Below, in pieces: positions 1 to 8,187 of a stretch of DNA of 64,000 bases (its first letter is position 1; every line of letters begins with the position of its first letter). Source of the stretch: Minisyncoccia bacterium. Its GTDB lineage: Bacteria; Patescibacteriota; Minisyncoccia; Phycocordibacterales; DATDWN01. A program made the translations under genes and the position numbers. The stretch lies in contig JBAQTF010000010.1 in assembly GCA_049296855.1 (NCBI GenBank), positions 22,094 through 86,093 on the forward strand. Reading direction: 5' to 3'. Below the pieces are notes generated by a model. That model was given only the letters and a program-made list of their open reading frames with translations, ran no database searches and was not told where the DNA came from.

Positions 1-358
1 AGTCGGCCTTTGAAATGGGATCTAAAGTCGCAACTCCTTGCAAAGGCTCACTCACGTTTACTTTTATTGGATACAGTAGCTCTCCAGGAAGAGAGCTGTT
101 TGAGGCAGTGATTAAACCACTTCCCCCACCTACAAACAACAATACCGCTAAAACAGAATAAGAAAAAACTTTACTGTGAGAATAAAAAACGGAAGAGAAA
201 CTATACGCCCATGGACTTTTCACCGGACTTTTTACCATAAAAGGGCTTCCACTTTGTATAATAGCCATTAATTTGCTGAAAAGTACTTCCTTTTCATGAG
301 GATTCACCCCTATATTTTTTATTTCCTCTATTCCTTTTTTAAATTTGTCTTCATTCAT
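1..358 (-). CDS. Partial CDS running off the window start. Putative anti-sigma factor or membrane protein; the C-terminus lies outside the window.
   Basis: The ATG at 358-356 overlaps the TGA stop of the upstream ECF sigma gene (ATGAATGA). My hand translation MNEDKFKKGIEEIKNIGV... includes a hydrophobic TM segment (VLAVLLFVGGGSGLI) and stays open to position 1. It is not in the supplied ORF track because it has no stop inside the window. Confidence 0.4.
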   Translation of the reverse strand, partial: MNEDKFKKGIEEIKNIGVNPHEKEVLFSKLMAIIQSGSPFMVKSPVKSPWAYSFSSVFYSHSKVFSYSVLAVLLFVGGGSGLITASNSSLPGELLYPIKVNVSEPLQGVATLDPISKAD

Positions 359-902
359 TGTCTTTTTTTTCGTAACCAGTTATCTTCCTCAGCTGTTCTA
401 TTCCCCTGGTAATACGTACCGATACTACGTTTACTGACTGGCCGATAATCTCCGAGATTTCTTTTGGTTTCATATCTTCAACAAACCTCATGTAAACAAC
501 TTGCTGATACATAGGATCTAGTTCAGATATCTTTTCTAAAATATATCGCGCTTCTGAAGACATTTCGTGGTTCAGACTTTTTTTATCAGTAAGTAGATAA
601 TCTGTTTCTCTCGAGTCATCTTCTGTCAAAGACTCCAATGAAACAGATTTTTTCTTGCGATACCAGTCTATAATCAAATTCCGCACTATTTTAAAAATAA
701 ATGCCCTCTGATTTTCAATTACACTACTACCCTCACCAGATAACACATCCCAAAAACGAGCAAAAGTGTCTTGAGTCAGATCCATAGCTTTTTCGCGATC
801 TGATACTCGTAGAAGAGCGAACCTGAAAATAGCATCTACTTCTTTGTTATAAATCTCTGTAAAGAGCTTTATTTGCTGCACTTTTTTATCGTTTGGGCTC
901 AT
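351..902 (-). CDS. ECF-type RNA polymerase sigma-70 factor
   Basis: 183 aa. Region 2 motif (AMDLTQDTFARFWDVL) and a region 4 helix-turn-helix (KEISEIIGQSVNVVSVRITRGIEQLRK). Confidence 0.8.
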   Translation of the reverse strand: MSPNDKKVQQIKLFTEIYNKEVDAIFRFALLRVSDREKAMDLTQDTFARFWDVLSGEGSSVIENQRAFIFKIVRNLIIDWYRKKKSVSLESLTEDDSRETDYLLTDKKSLNHEMSSEARYILEKISELDPMYQQVVYMRFVEDMKPKEISEIIGQSVNVVSVRITRGIEQLRKITGYEKKDNE

Positions 903-1089
903 TGATGTAGACGCTTAAAAATCCAAATTATTACAGTATTATAGTCTTAAAGTCACTAAAAGCAAAAGATTTAGGCGACTTTATTTTCTTATGAGCACGA
1001 CCTAAATTTCTTGAGCGGAGCGATTAGAAATTGGAAGTACTCCTGTGGTGAAGCGAATTAGAAACACAAGAAGTGCTTAGTGGTGTAAG

Positions 1090-1118
1090 AGAAAAGGACC
1101 GTGTGGGATGCACGGTCC
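1090..1118 (-). terminator. Rho-independent terminator hairpin downstream of the DksA-like gene
   Basis: GGACCGTG-tgggatg-CACGGTCC, an 8-bp stem, followed by a T-rich run on the minus strand. Confidence 0.55.
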
Positions 1119-1174
1119 TTTCAAATCTTGTGATTCCGGCTAGTGGTTGGTCTACTACCTTTCTTGCACACAGG

Positions 1175-1510
1175 CTATGACTCGATATCTCTCCTCGAAA
1201 CAGACTTCGGGATCATGGGGTTCCGAAGATCCCTCTTCTCCTGACAACGTCTACAGACTTTCGTAAACGGCTTGGCGAGTAGCCTTTGCGATAGGATGGG
1301 TTCATCACAATCCTGACAGAGCCGCTCCTCGGACGCTAACTTCGTAGCGTTTTGGTTGAGCTCTCGTCGCTCCTTCACCATTTCCTGGACCAGTGGTTCC
1401 CCTACAGTCTTGAGGAAACTCTCAAGACTAAAGTTCGATATGTCACCGGGATCACCGTGACGTACCTCTTCATCAACCGAACGAGAAAAACCTACCTTTG
1501 AAACTGTCAT
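1175..1510 (-). CDS. DksA/TraR-family C4 zinc-finger protein
   Basis: 111 aa with a CQDC-x17-CRRC zinc finger matching DksA/TraR C4-type spacing. The gene is visibly GC-richer than its neighbours. Confidence 0.65.
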   Translation of the reverse strand: MTVSKVGFSRSVDEEVRHGDPGDISNFSLESFLKTVGEPLVQEMVKERRELNQNATKLASEERLCQDCDEPILSQRLLAKPFTKVCRRCQEKRDLRNPMIPKSVSRRDIES

Positions 1511-1668
1511 GACACACCTCCTAAAAAACGATCTGGGTTTAATAGTACCGAACTAATCGATATGAGTCAAGTAGAAGAGAGTTATTAAGGTTAGATATGA
1601 ACAGGTTGCTAGACAAAAACTGTTTATAGTGTGATATCATTTAGTTCATATTAAATAAAAACTAATTT

Positions 1669-2238
1669 ATGAATAAAAATACATGGATAGGAATTGTAGT
1701 AGTTTTAGTTCTCATTATATTAGGTTGGATGTTTTATTCACCAAAAAGTGGAGAAGCTCCTGTGATAGAAACTCCTAGTACAGTAACTACGGAAACAAAG
1801 ACAAATACTATATTAAATACAACAACCACACCAAAGCCAGCTCCAAAAGTTACAAATACATTTCCAGCAATTTTCACACAAGCTGGAAGTCATGAGTGTA
1901 CATACGAACAAACGAGCCAATCCTCTAAAAGCAAGAACACTGTCTATATTGCTGACGGAAAAATGCGCGGTGAATTCCGCACTACAGATTCTACAGGTAA
2001 AACAACAGCTAGTATGATGGTCTACAACAGTGGTGTCCTCTATCTATGGACTGAAGGTAAGGGTGTTGGAGTAAGATCAACACTAAAATCCGTCTCTGAT
2101 CTCCCTGTAGCAATACCCCAAGATCTTACAAGTGGATCAGTCTTAAGTAATGGCCAAAATATTGTTGGTTGGATTTGTCACGACTGGGCTAAAAACAACA
2201 GCCTATTAGCTCCTCCATCTTACGTAAAATTCCAATAA
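1669..2238 (+). CDS. Hypothetical membrane-anchored or secreted protein with a Thr-rich linker
   Basis: 189 aa. N-terminal TM helix (WIGIVVVLVLIILGWMFY), then a TTETKTNTILNTTTTPKP low-complexity stretch. Confidence 0.5.
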   Translation: MNKNTWIGIVVVLVLIILGWMFYSPKSGEAPVIETPSTVTTETKTNTILNTTTTPKPAPKVTNTFPAIFTQAGSHECTYEQTSQSSKSKNTVYIADGKMRGEFRTTDSTGKTTASMMVYNSGVLYLWTEGKGVGVRSTLKSVSDLPVAIPQDLTSGSVLSNGQNIVGWICHDWAKNNSLLAPPSYVKFQ

Positions 2239-3564
2239 TTAGCGTAACGGTGGTTTTACTGCTTGTTTTAAGACAGCGTCGACTAGACTCTGTGATTTGA
2301 AAGTTTTAGAAACTTGGGTTTTCCAACTTTTGTCGTTTATGTTCACATGTGGATCCACTCCACGACCGTCTATTGGCTGACCATCTTCACGCAAAGTCAA
2401 ATATTGAACGAGTAACATTGTATATTTTTCGTTTGAGTCTATAACTGTGTCTATAGGAAAAGTATTTTCAACTGTTCCCCATCCACGTGTATTTGTTCCA
2501 ACTACATGACCTAGGTTAAAACGTTTAAACATAGCTGTTATCACTTCAGCGGTAGACTGAGTCATATTATCTGTGATGATAGCTATATCAGCGAAACGTG
2601 AAAGCTCTGGATATTTACCAATAGTAGAACGTTGTGGTTTATATTCATCTTGATGAAACAAATCAAATGCATACTGGTTTGGTCCAATAAATAATCCTAT
2701 AAATGCTGGAGCAAAATCAAGCGCCCCCCCAATATTTCCCCTTAAATCAAGTATCATACTGTCCAGTCCAGGTGTAGTTGATGCACCATCTATTATTTTC
2801 GCAAACTCTTGAAGAGTGTTTGGAGATATTTTACTCATGCTGAGGTAAAGTGTTTTGCCTATAACATGTTTCCAAACTGTCGGCTCAATTTGAGCCTGAT
2901 CATACAAATTTTTATTATTTTTATCGGTCAAAACCTGATGTGCATATGTGACTTTTTCTAATTCTACCTTAGCTTCAGGAGTAGCTATTTTTGTAAGTTC
3001 TTCTTTTTTCTCGATGTAAGCAGTCTCTACTTCAGAAGTTGGAGCTCCCTTTGCAACACCTAGATCTTTATAAAGATCTTTTTCTGGATTTACATTTGTA
3101 ACTTCTTGCTGTAGTTGTTTTTGTTGAATGGAAGAAAGTAGCCCATCACGACCAGCAGGTGCTAAGTTGTAAAGTGCGACATTCAAGACACCTAAGGCAA
3201 GATTCTTCTTAGCATCTGTAGAAGTAGCTAGGTTAATTGCATCAAAAAGCATCTTTGCTACTCCGGCACGTGTAGTACTAGCAAGTGCTGGTAGAGTCCC
3301 TAAATTCTGGGTTTTTTGTAGAGAGAGTTGGAAAAGTCCCACCAAATCACTCTCTTTTGTTTTCATCCAATAATTCTCTGCAATTTTGTCATAAGCTTCC
3401 ATATCAAAACGAACGTAGAGGTCATTTTCTTCAACCGTCTTGTAACTTGTTTTAAGAGAAAGTAATTTGGGAGAATGTTTATAATAATAAACTCCACCCC
3501 ATACTACACCTGACAAAATAACCAGTAATATAAAAAGACCAATAATTCTTTTAATAAAATTCAT
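2239..3564 (-). CDS. S41-family C-terminal processing (tail-specific) peptidase
   Basis: 441 aa. N-terminal TM, and the motif ILDLRGNIGG typical of S41 peptidases. Confidence 0.8.
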   Translation of the reverse strand: MNFIKRIIGLFILLVILSGVVWGGVYYYKHSPKLLSLKTSYKTVEENDLYVRFDMEAYDKIAENYWMKTKESDLVGLFQLSLQKTQNLGTLPALASTTRAGVAKMLFDAINLATSTDAKKNLALGVLNVALYNLAPAGRDGLLSSIQQKQLQQEVTNVNPEKDLYKDLGVAKGAPTSEVETAYIEKKEELTKIATPEAKVELEKVTYAHQVLTDKNNKNLYDQAQIEPTVWKHVIGKTLYLSMSKISPNTLQEFAKIIDGASTTPGLDSMILDLRGNIGGALDFAPAFIGLFIGPNQYAFDLFHQDEYKPQRSTIGKYPELSRFADIAIITDNMTQSTAEVITAMFKRFNLGHVVGTNTRGWGTVENTFPIDTVIDSNEKYTMLLVQYLTLREDGQPIDGRGVDPHVNINDKSWKTQVSKTFKSQSLVDAVLKQAVKPPLR

Positions 3565-3623
3565 AACTGTCAGTATAACAACTTATTAAAAAATAAAAAA
3601 CTTTTTGATAAGTTGATGAGAGA

Positions 3624-4259
3624 TTACTGAACTAATACCCCTATTTTGAAACCAGTAAGTTCACTAGCGGGACGAGCTTGTCCACCGTGCTGACCGTTAA
3701 AAGCATCTGAAGCATCAACCCCACACATGGACTTGATGGCAGAACTGCCACCAGGGTGTTGCCCTATCCAGGCTGTCAGGTCATACACACCACCGTTTAC
3801 TACTGAGTAACAACTTGCAGATGAGTTATGTGTAGCAACCTGAGCCAGTGTAAATGTTGTTGTACTAGGTATTGATGTGGGTACAGAAACAACCTGAGAA
3901 GGACTCGATCCCCTAAAATCATCATCACCTTCATTCTCGTCTTCGTCATCCCCATCATCATTACCGTCATGCTTTGATGATTGCCTTATTTCGGAATTAT
4001 CATTATCATCATCTGACTTAGGTTTTGAAACAGATGAAACTGGAATGTTGACCTGAGCTGATTGTATAGTGTTCGACTCCAGTTCTACATCAGACTGACT
4101 TTTAACTGTCTCAAGTCGTTCTGATTCCACCCCTCCACTCCCGACTTTTTCTGATTCCTGTTTATTATGAAATACTTCGGCTACTGTAATCCCAGTGACC
4201 GCAAACATAAGAAAGACCAGTATTCCTATAGGTAATTTTTTTAATGTGTTAATTAACAT
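3624..4259 (-). CDS. Membrane-anchored acidic-repeat protein with a C-terminal cytochrome b5-like heme-binding domain
   Basis: 211 aa. N-terminal TM; a D/E/N-rich tract (DDDNDNSE...DDGDDEDENEGDDD); C-terminal VYDLTAWIGQHPGG...DASDAFNGQHGG matches the cytochrome b5 HPGG signature. Confidence 0.6.
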   Translation of the reverse strand: MLINTLKKLPIGILVFLMFAVTGITVAEVFHNKQESEKVGSGGVESERLETVKSQSDVELESNTIQSAQVNIPVSSVSKPKSDDDNDNSEIRQSSKHDGNDDGDDEDENEGDDDFRGSSPSQVVSVPTSIPSTTTFTLAQVATHNSSASCYSVVNGGVYDLTAWIGQHPGGSSAIKSMCGVDASDAFNGQHGGQARPASELTGFKIGVLVQ

Positions 4260-4344
4260 TATGATTTATTTATTATATTAATATTGATGAACGCACGTCA
4301 GGTATAACGTACATCAATCGTATTTCTTACAGATTTAATTAAGA

Positions 4345-4370
4345 AAAAACACCCAATCGGGTGTTTTTTC
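4345..4370 (-). terminator. Rho-independent terminator
   Basis: ACACCC-aatc-GGGTGT hairpin flanked by an A-run and a T-run. It lies immediately downstream of the 4375..4590 gene on the minus strand. Confidence 0.7.
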
Positions 4371-4374
4371 TTAA

Positions 4375-4590
4375 TTAAATCTCTTTAGCCTCGGCAAAGT
4401 CTTTCTTAAACTTCTTATTCCACTCAATCATCATTGGGTCAGTTGGGGAAGCTTTCAATACGTCCGCGGCCATTTTCGGATGCTTCTCTTCGAGATGTTT
4501 CATTCCATTCTTCATCATCTCATCTTCTGTATTGCCCTTAATCTTTGTATTGCATGGTCCACCCATTTGTTTACATGTCATTATTTTCAT
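4375..4590 (-). CDS. Small DUF1059-like protein
   Basis: 71 aa, MKIMTCKQMGGPCNTKIKGNTEDEMMKNGMKHLEEKHP. The size and the C/H pattern resemble the DUF1059 family. Recalled from memory, not searched. Confidence 0.5.
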   Translation of the reverse strand: MKIMTCKQMGGPCNTKIKGNTEDEMMKNGMKHLEEKHPKMAADVLKASPTDPMMIEWNKKFKKDFAEAKEI

Positions 4591-4716
4591 AACCTTTATA
4601 TTAACTATTAATTAACAGGATAATATCATGTATAAAATATCTGACAAACAATGCTCAATGACACTGACCCACTGGTATGAAGTTGGAATTATTTTAAGAA
4701 ATCCTGGATAAATCAC

Positions 4717-6156
4717 TTAGTTAAGACATTGTAATGGATTTATGTGCAGAGTATTTGTGTGTTTCTCTGCTTCGAGTATAATTTTTTCCATCATTTTAAC
4801 TGCCTCTACTGGATATTTACCCTTAGCCGTCTCGTCTGAAAGCATGACAACGTCCGCCCCCTCTAACACCGCCTCCGAGACATCTGTAATTTCTGCTCTA
4901 GTTGGCTCGGGATTTTCTACCATTGAAAAAAGCATTTGTGTAGCTACTATAACGGTTTTGTTAGCTGTTTTACACTTATTTATGATATCACTTTGAATAT
5001 AAGGTATTTTCTCAGGTGAAACATCTTTCCCTAAATCTCCTCTAGCTATCATAACTGCGTCACTAGATGCTATGATTTCGTAAATATTATCCACAGCTGC
5101 TTGGCGTTCTATTTTGGCAATAATTTTTTGTTTGCCAGAGTTTTTAGATATTATTTCCCTACACATTTCTATTTCCTTTGCACCACCAACAAAAGATAGA
5201 GCAATATAATCCACCTCTTTTTCTACACAAAACTTGATAAGATCCTTGTCAATCTCTGTTAAACCAGAAAGTGCCGAATGATTGAATTCGTGTCCATCTT
5301 GATTCTGTATTCTAGGTCCAGGTAAATCGGCAATAATAGGGATTTTTTTACCAGCATCACTACTAGCTCCCCTTACTAAATCAAAATATTCTTCGACATC
5401 CCTTTTATTCATCCAAGAAAAATTAAATCTTATAGCATCAACCTTGTTTGATAGCATCCTTATTAACGTTTCTTTTTCTATCGAAGATGGGCCTATTGTG
5501 GCTAAGATTTGAGTTTTTGAAATATCATACGATCGAATATCTGATTCAGCTTCCTTTATCTCTTTTTTAATCATGTGACCATTACTATCTAAATAGTAAA
5601 CAAAAACTTTTCCAAAAGGAAATTCGACATCAGCGATATCTTCATCAGAAATATTTTCAATATATTTTACCAAAGTCCGCATCGAGTTACCGTGTCCCAC
5701 AACTAAAACATTTTTATTCTCATTTATTTTAGGTAGTATTTTTTCTAGAAAAAATGGTACTACTCTTTCATAAACCATTTTTAGTGTCTCGCCGTTTGGT
5801 ATAGGGTAATCCCATCCGCGACGAAGTTTTCGAAACTCCTCCCCTCCCAACATTTTTTCCATTTCACCCTTATCTTTTCCGGTATAGTCACCATAGTCTC
5901 TTTCACTCAAAGAAGCCGAATGTTCAGTCGGAACATTAAATATATTGCAGACATTGAGCATACAAGAAAGCGTCTCTATGCTACGAACCTGCATAGAAGC
6001 AAAAGCGTAATCGATTTTAATGTCTTTCATCAGAAGTCCCAGATCTTCTGATTTTTCAAAACCAAGATCTGTTAAATGTCGGTCACGAGTACCTGTCCAT
6101 TTTCCAAGTTTGTTCCATTCTGACTCCTGATGTCTCGCGATGATTAATTTCCCCAT
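4717..6156 (-). CDS. Fusion protein: 2,3-BPG-dependent phosphoglycerate mutase (N-terminal half) joined to a lid-less pyruvate kinase barrel (C-terminal half)
   Basis: The N-terminal about 200 aa carry the histidine-phosphatase motifs (IIARHQESEWN ... VVGHGNSMRTL). The C-terminal about 270 aa carry pyruvate kinase motifs (IIADLPGPRIQ, KIIAKIERQAAVDN, MIARGDLG, VIVATQMLFSMVENPEPTRAEITDVSEAVLEGADVVMLSDETAKGKYP). There is no PK B/lid domain and no PK C-terminal domain. Confidence 0.8.
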   Translation of the reverse strand: MGKLIIARHQESEWNKLGKWTGTRDRHLTDLGFEKSEDLGLLMKDIKIDYAFASMQVRSIETLSCMLNVCNIFNVPTEHSASLSERDYGDYTGKDKGEMEKMLGGEEFRKLRRGWDYPIPNGETLKMVYERVVPFFLEKILPKINENKNVLVVGHGNSMRTLVKYIENISDEDIADVEFPFGKVFVYYLDSNGHMIKKEIKEAESDIRSYDISKTQILATIGPSSIEKETLIRMLSNKVDAIRFNFSWMNKRDVEEYFDLVRGASSDAGKKIPIIADLPGPRIQNQDGHEFNHSALSGLTEIDKDLIKFCVEKEVDYIALSFVGGAKEIEMCREIISKNSGKQKIIAKIERQAAVDNIYEIIASSDAVMIARGDLGKDVSPEKIPYIQSDIINKCKTANKTVIVATQMLFSMVENPEPTRAEITDVSEAVLEGADVVMLSDETAKGKYPVEAVKMMEKIILEAEKHTNTLHINPLQCLN

Positions 6157-6157
6157 A

Positions 6158-7129
6158 TTATTTATTTACTCTATTTATAACTTCCTTTCCTTCAAAAAAA
6201 TTAATTATATTTTCCGCAACAATTTTAGACATTTCTTGTCTTGCTTCAATACTTGCTGATGCAATATGTGGAGTTAGTATCACATTTTGTAACTTAATTA
6301 AGTCTGGAGAAATTTTTGGTTCAAATTCGAAAACATCGAGCCCTGCACCGGCGATAACTCCCCCCATCAAGGCTTTGATAAGTGATTCTTCTTCTATTAC
6401 AGGGCCTCTAGATGTGTTGACCAGAAACGCTGTTTTTTTCATAAGACTTATTTTCTCCCAATTAATCAGATGTCTTGTGCTTTCCAAAAGTGGCACGTGA
6501 ATACTGACGACATCAGCTTCTTTCAAAAGTTCCTCAATTGATTTGTGATATTCTGCACCACACTCATTTTCAATCTGCTCATTTCTTAAAACATCTTGAT
6601 AAATAATTTTCATTCCTAAACCCTTCGCGTAGTAGCCAACTCGACTACCAATCCTACCAACGCCAATTAGGCCCAGAGTTTTTCCCAAAATATCTGTGCC
6701 TATAAAATTAGTCGGAGACCAGCCATTGTACTTACCATCCCGAACAAACTGGTCAGCTTCAACTATCCTAGCCGCCAGTGCTAATATTAAAGCTAGAGTG
6801 TGCTCCGCAACAGCCTCAGAAGTTAGTCTTGCTGGAGCGTTAGCGACAGTAATACCTCTTTTTTTAGCTTCATTTATATCTATGTTATCAAAACCAGTTG
6901 CATAATTAATATAAAACTTAACATTTGGTACAGCGTCAAAAACTTTTGAATCGATTTTGTCTGTAAGTAAAGTCACAACAGCGTCATAAGGTTTTTTATT
7001 CAAAAAATCTATAATTTCCTCCTGACTTGGAATAACATCCGATTGATTGATATCAACCTTGTATCCTTTATCTTCTAGCATTTTTATACCAACCTCATCT
7101 ATCTTTCTAGTTAAGAATATATTTTTCAT
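6158..7129 (-). CDS. D-isomer-specific 2-hydroxyacid dehydrogenase (glycerate / phosphoglycerate dehydrogenase-like)
   Basis: NAD-binding GLIGVGRIGSRVG; catalytic region HIASAS. The start is set at MKNIFLTRK (7129-7127) because the 80-aa upstream extension in the ORF track overlaps the next gene and is not protein-like. Confidence 0.8.
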   Translation of the reverse strand: MKNIFLTRKIDEVGIKMLEDKGYKVDINQSDVIPSQEEIIDFLNKKPYDAVVTLLTDKIDSKVFDAVPNVKFYINYATGFDNIDINEAKKRGITVANAPARLTSEAVAEHTLALILALAARIVEADQFVRDGKYNGWSPTNFIGTDILGKTLGLIGVGRIGSRVGYYAKGLGMKIIYQDVLRNEQIENECGAEYHKSIEELLKEADVVSIHVPLLESTRHLINWEKISLMKKTAFLVNTSRGPVIEEESLIKALMGGVIAGAGLDVFEFEPKISPDLIKLQNVILTPHIASASIEARQEMSKIVAENIINFFEGKEVINRVNK

Positions 7130-7277
7130 CTTCTCATTATAGCAAAACAAGCACTTTTTTTCTCCAGACTTATTTGGCGAAAAAACAAACTCTGAAACTT
7201 GGCTACTAGACCTAGATCTCTCACTCTTTGCGAGTAAATCATATGAAAATGCGCCTGGTCTTTTGAAAAAATATGTT

Positions 7278-7640
7278 TTATTTTTTGTCTCGATAAAAAT
7301 AAAACAGTGCGAGAGGTGCTGCCCAGTTCGCAAAACGTTCAACAAAATCCCAAATTGGTAAACCAACAAGTGGTCTTACAAGAGCAGTCCAGAAACCCCA
7401 AAATGCCATCCATAATAATAATGGTTTAATTGGTTTCCAGAGAATAATAATAGCTAATAAAATATCTACGACTCCTATAATTGTTATAAAAGTTGTGGCA
7501 GTTGCCGTATCAAATCCAGCTAGTTGCTCAGACCACTTTATCCAATCAGCTTTGCCCAAAATAGCAAAAACACCATGGCCTAAAAATTCTCCCGCAACAC
7601 CAACTCTCAAAATCCACTCCACTTTTTTTTCATTAGTCAT
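7278..7640 (-). CDS. Small integral membrane protein (DoxX-like)
   Basis: 120 aa with 3-4 predicted TM helices. The similarity to DoxX is weak. Confidence 0.45.
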   Translation of the reverse strand: MTNEKKVEWILRVGVAGEFLGHGVFAILGKADWIKWSEQLAGFDTATATTFITIIGVVDILLAIIILWKPIKPLLLWMAFWGFWTALVRPLVGLPIWDFVERFANWAAPLALFYFYRDKK

Positions 7641-7798
7641 AATTATTTATAGATATCTATAATTAGCTATTAATAAATATATTATACCACTTTTAGACTT
7701 TCTTTAAACAGACATGTGCGACATTATGAATAAGAATTATTCAACCTTTTAGAATTAAACTAGACGGCTGACCGTAGGGTCATGAAGTTGGAACTAGT

Positions 7799-8029
7799 TT
7801 AATGAAAATTAACCATTCTTTTTAGAGCATGTAATCTTGAGTGTGCACTGCGAGACATTATCCAGAGATTACTCTTTCTAAAATTTCTTTTATTGCCGTC
7901 TATATGGTGAACAACCATTCCCGCAAAAATTTTTCCTCCAACTTTGTTTCTAGCAACAGTTCTGTGAACCAAAGTTCGACTAATCTTCCATCTTGGGTAG
8001 CCCTTTTTGTCTATATAAAATCCTTTCAT
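7799..8029 (-). CDS. Small HNH endonuclease
   Basis: 76 aa. VVHHIDGNKRNFRKSNL matches the HNH motif. It sits next to tRNA-Gln. Confidence 0.65.
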   Translation of the reverse strand: MKGFYIDKKGYPRWKISRTLVHRTVARNKVGGKIFAGMVVHHIDGNKRNFRKSNLWIMSRSAHSRLHALKRMVNFH

Positions 8030-8071
8030 AATTATATGTATAATACACCATAATTATGATAATGTCAATAG

Positions 8072-8142
8072 CTGCGGGACCTGGACTCGAACCAAGATAA
8101 ACGGTTCCAGAAACCGTTGTCCTACCATTAGACGATCCCGCA
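8072..8142 (-). tRNA. tRNA-Gln (anticodon CUG)
   Basis: Hand-folded cloverleaf: acceptor TGCGGGA/TCCCGCA, anticodon loop TTCTGGA, T-arm CTTGG-TTCGAGT-CCAGG. Confidence 0.75.
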
Positions 8143-8187
8143 ATAACCTTCAGGATAGCTTAAAAATTGGCTTTTTTCAAGGAGAAA

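Noticed and set aside
963-1075. Repeated GCGA(A)TTAGAAA motifs between the sigma factor and the DksA-like gene
   Set aside because: Only two short copies, within chance for AT-rich DNA.
6158-7369. 80-aa N-terminal extension of the 2-hydroxyacid dehydrogenase ORF
   Set aside because: The extension is not protein-like and overlaps the upstream membrane-protein gene. A good internal MKNIF start lies at 7129.
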